NCBI RefSeq assembly: GCF_009914755.1
Contig: NC_060933.1
Length of the DNA stretch: 64,000 nucleotides
Origin: the human T2T-CHM13v2.0 reference genome, Homo sapiens
Reading direction: 5' to 3' (one strand)
Shown: piece by piece, positions 12,701 to 26,049 of the stretch
How the letters are laid out: every line of letters starts with the position of its first letter
How positions within the stretch are numbered: position 1 is the first letter of the stretch
Position numbers and translations under genes: made by a program
The notes under the pieces: model-generated
Told to the model about the DNA's origin: nothing
What the model saw: the letters and a program-made list of their open reading frames with translations, nothing else
Database searches by the model: none

Positions 12701-14858
12701 AATGGAATGGAATCAATCTGAGCGCAATGGAATGGAGTGGAATGGAAGGGAATGGAATGGAACAACCCGAATGGAATGGAATGTAATGGAGAGTAAGGGA
12801 GTTGAATAGAATCAATCCGAATGTAATGGAATGGAACGGAATGGAATGGAATGGAATGGAATGGAATGGAATGGAATGGAATGGAATGCAATGGAATGGA
12901 ATCAACCCGAGTGCAATTGAATGGAATCCAATGGAATGGAATGCAATGGAATGGATTCAACTTGAATGGAATGGAAAGAATGGAATCAACACGAGTGGAA
13001 TGGCATGGATTGGAATGGAATGGAATGGAATCAACCCGAGTATAGGGGAATGGAATGGTATGGAATGCAATGGAGTGGAATCATCCGTAATGGAATGGAA
13101 AGGAATGGAATGGAATGGAATGGAATGGAATGGAATGGAATGGAATCCACTCGATTGCAATCGAATGGAATGGAATGGAATTAACACGAATAGAATGGAA
13201 TGGAATGGAATGGAACGGAACGGAATGGAATGGAATGGGATGGAATGGAATGGAACGGAAAGGAAGGGAATGGAATGGAATAGAATGGAATGGAATGGAA
13301 TCAACGCGAGTGCAGGGGAATGGAATGGAATGGAATGCAATGGGATGGAATCTTCCGGAATGGAATGGAATGGAATGGAATGGAATGGAATGGAATGGAA
13401 TCCACCCGAGTGCAATGGAATGGAGTGGAATGGAATGGAATGGAATGGAACAACCCGAATGGAATGGAATGTAATGGAGAGTAAGGGAGTTGAATAGAAT
13501 CAATCCGAATGTAATGGAATGGAATGGAACGGAATGGAATTGAATGGAATGGAATGGAATGCAATGGAATGGAATCAACCCGAGTGCAATGGAATGGAGA
13601 GGAATGGAATGGAATGGAATGGAAACTACCCGAATGGAATGGAATGTAATGGAGTGTAAGGGAATTGAATAGACTCAATCCGAATGTAATGGAATGGAAT
13701 GGAACGGAATGGAATGGAATGGAATGGAATGGAATTGAATGCAATGGAATGGAATCAACCCGAGTGCAATCGAATGGAATCCAATGGAATGGAAAGCAAT
13801 GGAATGGATTCAACTTGAATGGAATGGAAAGAATGGAATCAGCACGAGTGGAATGGCATGGATTGGAATGGAATGGAATGGAATCAACCCGAGTACAGGG
13901 GAATGGAATGGAATGGAATGCAATGGAATGGAATCATCCGTAATGGAATGGAAAGGAATGGAATGGAATGGAATGGAATGGAATGGAATGGAATCAACTC
14001 GATTGCAATCGAATGGAATGGAATGGAATTAACCCGAATAGAATGGAATGGAATGGAATGGAACAGAACGGAATGGAATGGAATGGAACGGAATGGAATG
14101 GAATGGAATGGAATGGAATGGAATGGAATGGAATCAACGCGAGTGCAGGGGAAAGGAATGGAATGGAATGCAATGGAATGGAATCTTCCGGAATGGAATG
14201 GAATGGAATGGAATGGAATGAAATGCAAAGGATTCAACTCGATTGCAATGGAATGGAATAGAATGGAATGGAATGGAATGGAATGGAATTAATTCGAATA
14301 GAATGGAATGGAATGGAATGGAACGGAATGGAACGGAATGGAATGGAATGGAATGGTATGGAATGGAATGGAATGGTACGGAATAGAATGGAATGGAACG
14401 AATTATAATGGAATGGAATTGAATGGAATGGAATGGAATGGAATGGAATCAACGCGAGTGCAGGGGAATGTAATGGAACGGAATGCAATGGAATGGAATC
14501 ATCCGGAATGGAATGGAATGGAATGGAATGGAATGGAATCAACCCGAGTGCAATGGAATGGAGTGGAATGGAATGGAATGGAATGGAACAACCCGAATGG
14601 AATGGAATGTAATGTAGAGAAAGGGAGTTGAATAGAATCAATCCGAATGTAATGGAATGGAATGCAACGGAATTGAATGGAATGGAATGGAATGGAATGA
14701 AATGGAATTGAATCAACCCGAGTACAATGGAATTGAATTGAATGGAATGGAATGGAATGGAATGGAATGGAATGGAATGATACAGAATAGAATGGAATGG
14801 AATGAAATGGAATGGAATGGAATGGAATGGAGTGGAATGGAATGGAATGGAATGGAAT

Positions 14859-15925
14859 CGTTCCGAGTGGAATAGGAGGGAATGTATTCGAGTGGAATGG
14901 AAAGGAATGGAAAAAACCTGAGTGGAATGGAAGGGAATGGAATGGAATGGAAACTAATAGAATGGATTCAACCCGAGAGGAATGGAATGGAAAGGACTGG
15001 AATGGAATGGAATGGAATGGAATCAACTCGATTGTAATGGAATTGAATGGAATGGAATGGAATGGAATTAGCCCGAATACAATGCAATGGAATGGAATGG
15101 AACGGAATGGAGTGGAATGGAACGGAATCAACCCGAGTGCAGGGGAATGGAATGGAACGGAATGCAATGGAATGGAATCATCCGGAATGGAATGGAATGG
15201 AATGGAATGCAAAGCAATGGAATAAACTCGATTGCAATGGAATGGAATGGAATGGAAAGGAATATATTGGAATCAACCCGAGTGGAATGGAATGGAAAGG
15301 ACTGGAATGGAGTGGAATGGAATGGAATGGAATGGAATGGAATCAACTCGATTGGAATGGAATGGAATGGAATGGAATGGAATGGAATCGTTCCGAGTGG
15401 AATAGGAGGGAATGTATTCGAGTGGAAAGGAAAGGAATGGTATCAACCAGAGTGGAATGGAAGGGAATGGAATGGAATGGAAACTAATAGAATGGAATCA
15501 ACCTGAGTGGAATGGAATGGAAAGGACTGGAATGGAATGGAATGGAATGGAATCAACTCGATTGTAATGGAATGGCATGGAATGCAATGGAATGGAATGG
15601 AATTAACACGAATACAATGGAATGGAATGGAATGGAACGGAATGGAGTGGAATGGAATGGAATCAACCCGAGGGCAGGGGAATGGAATGGAGTGGAATGC
15701 AATGGAATGGAATCATCCGGAATGGAATGGAATGGAATGGAATGCAAAGCAATGGAATCAACTCGATTGCAATGGAATGGAATGGAATGGAAAGGAATAC
15801 ATTGGATTCAACCCGAGTGGAATGGAATGGAAAGGACTGGAATGGAGTGGAATGGAATGGAATGGAATGGAATGGAATGGAATCAACTCGATTGGAATGG
15901 AATGGAATGGAATTAACACGAATAG
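14859..15925 (+). repeat. Diverged tandem duplication, ~530-bp period
   Basis: The CGTTCC module is at 14859 and 15389, each followed by the same word order (AAACTAATAG, AAAGGACTGG, CTCGATTGTAAT, CGAATACAAT, GCAAAGCAAT, ATA(T/C)ATTGG, CTCGATTGG). The copies differ by multiple substitutions. Confidence 0.8.
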
Positions 15926-18900
15926 AATGGAATGGAATGGAATGGAACGGAATGGAATGGAATGGAATGGAATGGAATGGAATGGAATGGAATCAACCTG
16001 ACTGCAGGGGAATGGAATGGAATGGAATGCAATGGAATGGATTCAACTTGAATGTAATGGAAAGAATGGAATCAACACGAGTGGAATGGCATGGATTGGA
16101 ATGGAATGGAATGGAATCAACCCGAGTACAGGGGAATGGAATGGAATGGGATGCAATGGAATGGAATCATCCGTAATGGAATGGAAAGGAAAGGAATGGA
16201 ATGGAATGGAATGGAATGGAATGGAATGGAATCAACTCGATTGCAATCGAATGGAATGGAATGGAATTAACCCGAATAGAATGGAATGGAATGGAATGGA
16301 ACGGAACGGAACGGAACGGAATGGAATGGAATGGAATGGAACGGAAAGGAATGGAATGGAATGGAATGGAATGGAATGGAATGGAATGGAATGGAATGGA
16401 ATGGAATCAACGCGAGTGCAGGGGAATGGAATGGAATGGAATGCAATGGAATGGAATCTTCCGGAATGGAATGGAATTGAATGGAATGGAATGGAATAAA
16501 CCCTAGTGCAATGGAATGGAGTGGAATGGAATGGAATGGAATGGAATAATCCGAATGGAATGGAATGTAATGGAGACTAAGGGAGTTGAATAGAATCAAT
16601 CCGAATGTAATGGAATGGAATGGAACGGAATGGAATGGAATGGAATGGAATGGAATGGAATGGAATGGAATGCAATGGAATGGAATCAACCCGAGTGCAA
16701 TCAAATGGAATCGAATGGAATGGAATGCAAAGGAATGGATTCAACTTGAATGGAATGGAATAAATGGAATGAACACGAGTGGAATGGCATGGATTGGAAT
16801 GGAATGGAATGGAATCAACCCGAGTACAGGGGAATGGAATGGAATGGAATGCAATGGAATGGAATCATCCGTAATGGAATGGAAACGAATGGAATGGAAT
16901 GGAATGGAATGGAATGGAATGGAATGGAATCAACCCGAGTGCAATGGAATGGAGTGGAATGGAATGGAATGGAATGGAACAACCCGAATGGAATGGAATG
17001 TAATGGAGAGTAAGGGAGTTGAATAGAATCAATCCGAATGTAATGGAATGGAACGGAATGTAATGGAATGGAATGGAATGGAATGGAAAGGAATGGAATG
17101 CAATGGAATGGAATCAACCCGAGTACAATGGAATGGAATGGAATGGAATGGAATGGAATGGAATGGAATGGAATCCACCCGAGTGCAATGGAATGGAGAG
17201 GAATGGAATGGAATGGAATGGAAACTACCCGAATGGAATGGAATGTAATCGAGTGTAAGGGAATTGAATAGAATCAATCCGAATGGAATGGAATGGAATG
17301 GAACGGAATGTAATGGAATGGAATGGAATGGAATCAACCCAAGTGCAGGGGAATGGAATGGAATGGAATGCAATGGAATGGAATCATCCGGAATGGAATG
17401 TAATGGAATGCAATGGAATGGAATGGAATGGAATCAACCCGAGTGCAATGGAATGGAGTGAAATGGTATGGAATGGAATGGAAACAACCAGAATGGATTG
17501 GAATATAATGGAGTGTATGGGAATTGAATAGAATCAATCTGAATGTAATGAAATGGAATGTAACGGAATGGAATGGAATGCAATGGAATGGAATGGAATG
17601 GAATGCAATGGAATGGAATCAACCCGAGTGCAATCGAATGGAATCGAATGGAATGGAATGCAATGGAATGGATTCAACTTGAATGGAATGGAAAGAATGG
17701 AATCAACACGAGTGGAATGGCATGGATTGGAATGCAATGGAATGGAATCAACCCGAGTACAAGGGAATGGAATGGAATGGAATGCAATGGAATTGAATCA
17801 TCCGTAATGGAATGGAAAGGAATGGAATGGAATGGAATGGAATGGAATGGAATGGAATGGAATGGAATCAACTCGATTGCAATCGAATGGAATGGAATGG
17901 AATTAACCCGAATAGAATGGAATGGAAAGGAATGGAACGGAACGGAATGGAATGGAATGGAATGGAATGGAATGCAATGGAATGGAAAGGAAAGGAATGG
18001 AATGGAATGGAATGGAATGGAATGGAATGGAATGGAATCAACGCGAGTGCAGGGGAATGGAATGGAATGGAATGCAATGGAATGTAATCTTCCGGAATGG
18101 AATGGAATGGAATGCAATAGATTCAACTCGATTGCAATGGAATGCAATAGAATGGAATAGAATGGAATGGAAAGGAATGGAACGGAACAGAATGGAATGG
18201 AATGGGATGGAATAGAATGGAATGGAATGGAATGGAACGGAACGGAACGGAATGGAATGGAATGGAATGGAATGGAATGGAATGGAATTGTATGGAATGG
18301 AATGGTATGGTACGGAATTGAATGGAATGGAAAGAATTGGAATGGAATGGAATCGAATGGAATGGTATGGAATGGAATGGAATGGAATGGAATCAACCCG
18401 AGTGCAGGGGAATGAAATGGATCGGAATGCAGTGGAATGGAATCATCCGGAATTGAATGGAATGGAATGAAATGGAATGGAATCAACCCCAGTGCAATGG
18501 AATGGAGTGGAATGGAATGGAATGGAATGGAACAACAGGAATGGAATGGAATGGAATGGAGAGTAAGGGAGTTGAATAGAATCAACCCGAAAGTAATGGA
18601 ATGGAATGGAACGTAATGGAATGGAATGGAATGCAATGGAATGGAATCAACCCGAGTAAAATGGAATAGAATGAAATGGAATGGAATGGAATGGAATTGA
18701 ATGGAATGGAATGGAATGCAATGGAATGCAATCAACCAGAGTGCAATGGAATGGAGAGGAATGGAATGGAATGGAATGGAAACTACCCGAATGGAACGAA
18801 ATGTAATGGAGTGTAAGGGAATTGAAAAGAATCAATCCGAATGTGATGGAATGGAATGGAACGGAATGGAATGGAATGGAATGGAATGGAATGGAATGGA

Positions 18901-21900
18901 ATGGAATGCAATAGAATGGAATCAACCCGAGTGCAATCGAATGGAATCGAATGGAATGGAATGCAATGGAATGGATTCAACTTGAATGGAATGGAAAGAA
19001 TGGAATCAACACGAGTGGAAGGGCATGGATTGGAATGCAATGGAATGGAATCAACCCGAGTACAGGGGAATGGAATGGAATGGAATGCAATGGAATGGAA
19101 TCATCCGTAATGGAATGGAAAGGAATGGAATGGAATGGAATGGAATGGAATGGAATGCAATGGAATGGAATCAACACGATTGCAATCGAATGGAATGGAA
19201 TGGAATTAACCCGAATAGAATGGAATGGAATGGAATGGAACGGAACGGAATGGAATGGAATGGAATGGAACGGAATGGAATGGAAAGGAATGGAATGGAA
19301 TGGAATGGAATGGAATGGAATGGAATCAACGCGAGTGCAGGGGAATGGAATGGAATGGAATGCAATGGAATGGAATGGAATAAACCCGAGTGCAATGGAA
19401 TGGAGTGGAATGGAATGGAATGGAATGGAGCAACCCGAACGGAATGGAATGTAATGGAGAGTAAGGGAGTTGAATAGAATCAATCCGAATGTAATGGAAT
19501 GGAATGGAACGGAATGGAATTGAATGGAATGGAATGGAATGCAATGGAATGGAATCAACCCGAGTGCAATGGAATGGAGAGGAATGGAATGGAATGGAAT
19601 GGAAACTACCCGAATGGAATGGAATGTAACGGAGTGTAAGGGAATTGAATAGAATCAATCCGAATGTAATGGAATGGAATGGAACGGAATGGAATGGAAT
19701 GGAATGGAATGCAATGGAATGGAATGCAATGGAATGGAATCAACCCGAGTGCAATCGAATGGAATCGAATGGAATGGAATGCAATGGAATGGATTCAACT
19801 TGAATGGAATGGAAAGAATGGAATCAATACGAGTGGAAGGGCATGGATTGGAATGCAATGGAATGGAATCAACCCGAGTACAGGGGAATGGAATGGAATG
19901 GAATGCAATAGAATGGAATCATCCGTAATGGAATGGAAAGGAATGGAATGGAATGGAATGGAATCAACACGATTGCAATCGAATGGAATGGAATGGAATT
20001 AACCCGAATAGAATGGAATGGAATGGAATGGAACGGAACGGAATGGAATGGAATGGAATGGAATGGAATGGAACGGAACGGAACGGAACGGAATGGAATG
20101 GAATGGAATGGAATGGAATGGAATAGAATCAACGCGAGTGCAGGGGAATGGAATGGAATGCAATGCAATGGAATGGAATCTTCCGGAATGGAATGGAATG
20201 GAATGCAATGGAATGGAATTAACCCGAGTAGAATGGAATGGAATGGAATGGAACGGAATGGAACGGAACGGAATGGAATGGAATGGAATGGAATGGAATG
20301 GTATGGAAAGGAATGGAATGGTACGGAATAGAATGGAATGGAACGAATTGTAATGGAATGGAATTGAATGGAATGGAATGGAATGGAATGGAATGGAATC
20401 AACGCGAGAGCAGGGGAATGTAATGGAACGGAATGCAATGGAATGGAATCATCCGGAATGGAATGGAATGGAATGGAATGGAATGGAATCAACCCGAGTG
20501 CAATGGAATGGAGTGGAATGGAATGGAATGGAATGGAACAACCCGAATGGAATGGAATGTAATGGAGAGTAAGGGAGTTGAATAGAATCAATCCGAATGT
20601 AATGGAATGGAATGCAACGGAATGGAATGGAATGGAATGCAATAGAATGGAATGGAATGGAATGCAAAGGAATGGAATCAACCCGAGTGGAATGGCATGG
20701 AATGGAATGCAATGGATTGGAATGGAATGGAATCAACTCGAGTGGAAAGGAATGGAATGGAATGGAAAGGAATGGAATGAAGTCAACTCGAGTGGAATGG
20801 AATGGAATGGAAAGGATTGGAATGGATTGCAATGGAATGAAGTGGAATGGAATGGAATGGAATCAATCATTCCGAGTGGAATAGAAGGGAATGTAATGCA
20901 GTGGAAACAAGGGAATGGAATCAACCCGAGTGGAATGCAAGGCAATGGAATGGAATGGAAAGGAATGGAATGGAATCAACTCGATTGCAATGGAATGGAA
21001 TGGAATGGAATGGAATGGAATGGAATTAACCAGAATAGAATGGAATGGAATGGAATGGAACGGAATGGAATGGAATGGAAGGGAATGGAATCAACACGAG
21101 TGCAGGGGAATGGAATGGAATGGAATGCAATGGAATGGAATCATCCGGAATGGAATGGAATGGAATGGAATCAACTCCATTGCAATGGAATGGAATGGAA
21201 TGGAATGGAATAGAATGGAATGGAATTAACCCGAATAGAATGGAATGCAATAGAAGGGAATGCAACGGAAACGAAGGGAGTGGAATGGAATGGAATGGAA
21301 TCAACCCGAGTACAGGGGAATGGAATGGAATGGAAAGCAATGGAATGGAGTCTTCCGTAATGGAATGGAAAGGAATGGAATGGAATGGAATGGAATGGAA
21401 TGGAATGGAATCAACTCGATGGCAATCGAATGGATTGGAATGGAATTAACCCGAATAGAATGGAATGGAATGGAATGGAACGGAACGGAATGGAATGGAA
21501 TGGAATGGAATGGAATGGAATGGAACGGAATGGAATGGAATGGAATGGAATGGAATCAACGCGAGTGCAGGGGAATGGAATGGAATGGAATGTAATGGAA
21601 TGGAATCTTCCGGAATGGAATGGAAAGGAATGGAATGGAATGAAAGGCAATGGATTCAACTCGATTTCAATGGAATGGAATAGAATGGAACGGAATGGAA
21701 TGGAATGGAATGGAATGGAATGGAATGGAATGGAATGGAATGGAATCAACTAGATGGCAATCGAATGGAATGGAATGGAATCAACCCGAGTGCAGGGGAA
21801 TGGAATGGAATGGAATGCAATGGAATGGAATCATCCGGAATGGAATGGAATGGAATGGAATGCAAAGCAATGGAATCAACTCGATTGCAATGGAATGGAA

Positions 21901-24900
21901 TGGAATGGAAAGGAATAGAATGGAATCAACCCGAGTGTAATGGAATGGAAAGGACTGGAATGGAGTGGAATGGAATGGAATGGAATGGAATGGAATGGAA
22001 TCAACTCGATTGGAATGGAATGGAATGGAATGGAATGGAATGGAATGGAATTAACCCGAATAGAATGGAATGGAATGGAATGGAACGGAAAGGAATGGAA
22101 TGGAATGGAATGGAATGGAATGGAATCAACCTGACTGCAGGGGAATGGAATGAAATGGAATGGAATGGAATGGAATCATCCGGAACGGAATGGAATGGAA
22201 TGGAATGGAATCAACTCGATTGCAATGGAATGGAATGGAATGGAATGGAATTAACCGGAATAGAATGGAATGGAATGGAATGGAACGGAATGGAATGGAA
22301 TGGAATGGAATGGAATGGAATGGAATGGAATCAACCCGAGTGCAGGGGAATGGAATGGAATGGAATGCAATGGAATGGAATCATCCGGAATGGAATGGAA
22401 TGGAATGGAATGCAATCAACCTGATGCAATGGAATGGAGTGGAATGGAATGGAATGGAATGGAAACATCCCGAATGTAATGGAATGTAATGGAGTGTAAG
22501 GGAATTGAATAGAATCAATCCGAATGTAATGGAATGGAATGGAATGAAATGGAAAGGAATGGAATGGAATGGAATGGAATCAACCCGAGTGCAATGGAAT
22601 GGATTCGAATGGAATGGAATGGAATGGAATGGATTCAACAAGAGTGGAATGGAAAGGAATGGAATCAACCCGAGTGTAATGGCATGGAATGGAACGGATT
22701 GGAATGGGATGGAATGGAATGGTACGGAATAGAATGGAATGGAATGATATGGAATGGAATGGAATGGAATGGAATGGAATGGAATGGAATGGAATGAACC
22801 CGTGTGCAATGGAATGGAATGGAATGGAATGGAATGGATTCAACTCGAATGGAATCAACTCGATTGCAATGGAATGGAATGGAATTGAAAGGAATAGAAT
22901 GGAATCAACCCGAGTGGAATGGAATGGAAAGGACTGGAATGGAGTGGAATGGAATGGAATGGAATTAACCCGAATAGAATGAAATGGAACGGAATGGAAT
23001 GGAATGGAATGGAATGGAATGGAATGGAATCAACCCGAGTGCAGGGGAATGGAATGGAATGGAATGCAATGGAATGAAATTATCCGGAATGGAATGGAAT
23101 GGAATGGAATGGAATGGAATTGAATGGAATCAACTCGATTTCAATGGAATGGAATGGAATAGAATGGAATGGAATTAACACGAAAGAATGGAATGGAATG
23201 GAATGGAATGGAATGGAAAAGAAAGGAATGGAATGGAATGGAATGGAATCAACCCAAGTGCAGGGGAATGGAATGCAATGGAATTCAATGGAATGGAATC
23301 ATCCCGAATGGAATGGAATGGAATGGAATGGAATGGAATGGAATGGAATCAACCCGAGTGCAATGGAATAGAGAGGAATGGAATGGAATGGAATGGAAAC
23401 TACACGAATGGAATGGAATGTAATGGAGTGTAAGGGAATTGAATAGAATGAATCCGAATGGAATGGAATGGAATGGAATGGAATGGAATGGAATGGAATG
23501 GAATGCAATGGAATGGAATCAACCCAAGAGCAATCGAATGGAATCGAATGGAATGGAATGCAATGGAATGGATTGAACTTGAATGGAATGGAAAGAATGG
23601 AATCATAACGAGTGGAATGGCATGGTTTGGAATGGAATGGAATGGAATCAACTCGATTGCAATCGAATGGAATGGAATGGAATTAACCCGAATAGAATGG
23701 AATGGAATGGAATGGAATGGAACGGAACGGAATGGAATGGTATGGAATGGAATGGAACGGATCGGAATGGAATGGAATGGAATGGAATGGAATGGAATGG
23801 AATGCAATGGAATGGAATCAACGCGAGTGCAGGGAAAAGGAATGGAATGGAATGCAATGGAATGGAATCTTCCGGAATGGAATGGAATGGAATGGAATAG
23901 AATGGAATGGAATGGAATGGAATGGAATGGAATCAACCCGAGTACAGGGGAATGGAATGGAATGTAATGCAGTGGAATGGAATCATCCGTAATGGAATGG
24001 AAAGGAATGGAATGGAATGGAATGGAATGGAATGCAATGGAATGGAATCTTCCGGAATGGAATAGAATGGAATGCAATGGATTCAACTCGATTGCAATGG
24101 AATGGAATGGAATGGAATTGAATGCAATGGATTCATCTCTATTGCAATGGAATGGAATAGAATGGAATGGAATGGAATGGAATGGAATTAACCCGAAAAA
24201 AATGGAATGGAATGGAATGGAACGGAACGGAACAGAACGGAATGGAATGGAATGGAATGGAATGGAATGGAATGGAATGGTATGGAATGGAATGGAATGT
24301 ACGGAATAGAATGGAATGGAAACAATTGGAATGGAATGGAATCGAATGGAATGGAATGGAATTGAATGGAATCAACCCGAGTGCAGGAGAATGTAATGGA
24401 ACGGAATGTAATGGAATGGAATCATCCGGAATGGAATGGAATGGAATGGAATGGAATGGAATGGAACCAACTCGATTGTGATGGAATGGAATGGAATGGA
24501 ATGGAATGGAATTAACCCGAATACAATGGAATGGAATGGAATGGAACGTAATGGAGTGGAATGGAATGGAATCATCCCGAGTGCAGGGGAATGGAATGGA
24601 ATGGAATGCAATGGAATGGAATCATCCGGAATGGAATGCAAAGCAATGGAATCAACTCGATTGCAATGGAATGGAATGGAATGGAAAAGAATACATTGGA
24701 ATCAACCCGAGTGGAATGGAATGGAAAGGACTGGAATGGAGTGGAATGGAATGGAATGGAATGGAATGGAATCAACTCGATTAGAATGGAATGGAATGGA
24801 ATGGAATGGAATGGAATTAACCCGAATAGAATGGAATGGAATGGAATGGAATGGAACGGAACGGAACGGAACGGAATGGAATGGAATGGAATGGAATGGA

Positions 24901-26049
24901 ATGGAATGGAATGGAATCAACCTGACTGCAGGGGAATGGAATGGAATGGAATGCAATGGAAAGGATTCAACTTGAATGGAATGGAAAGAGTGGAATCAAC
25001 ACGAGTGGAATGCCATGGATTGGAATGGAATGGAATGGAATCAACCCGAGTACAGGGGAATGGAATGGAATGGAATGCAATAGAATGGAATCATCCGTAC
25101 TGGAATGGAAAGCAATGGAATGGAATGGAATGGAATGGAATGGAATCAACTCGATTGCAGTCGAATGGAATGGAATGGAATTAACCTGAATAGAATTGAA
25201 TGGAATGGAATGGAACGGAACGGAACGGAATGGAATGGAATGGAATGGAATGGAATGGAACGGAACGGAATGGAATGGAATGGAATGGAATGGAATGGAA
25301 TCAACGCGAGTGCAGGGGAATGGAATGGACTGGAATGCAATGGAATGGAATCTTCCGGAATGGAATGGAATGGAATGGAATGGAATGGAATGAAATGCAA
25401 TGGATTCAACTCGATTGCAATGGAATGGAATAGAACGGAATGGAATGGAATGGAACAGAATGAACCCGAATAGAATGGAATGGAATGCAATGGAACGGAA
25501 TGGAACGGAATGGAATGGAATGGAATGGAATGGAATGGTATGGAATGGAATGGAATGGTACGGATTATAATGGAATGTAACTAATTGTAATTTAATGGAA
25601 TTGAATGGAATGGAATGGAATCAACGCGAGTGCAGGGGAATGTAATGGAACGGAATGCAATGGAATGGAATCATCCGGAATGGAATGGAATGGAATGGAA
25701 TGGAACGGAATGGAATCAACCCGAGTGCAATGGAATGGAGTGGAATGTTATGGAATGGAATGGAACAACCCGAATGGAATGGAATGTAATGGAATGTAAT
25801 TGAGTTGAATAGAATCAATCCGAATGGAATGGAATGGAATGCAACGGAATGGAATGGAATGGAATGCAATGGAATGCAATCAACCAGAGTACAATGGAAT
25901 GGAATGGAATGGAATGGAATGGAATGGAATGCCTTCAAACCGAATGGAATGGAAAGGAATGGAATCAACACGAGTGGAATGGAATGGAATGGAATTGAAT
26001 GGAAGGGAATGATACGGAATAGAATGGAATGGAACGAAATGGAATGGAA

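Noticed and set aside
20849-20873. CATTCC on the + strand as a possible inversion breakpoint
   Set aside because: It is a single hexamer inside the recurring CAATCATTCCGAG word, and orientation remains GGAAT on both sides.
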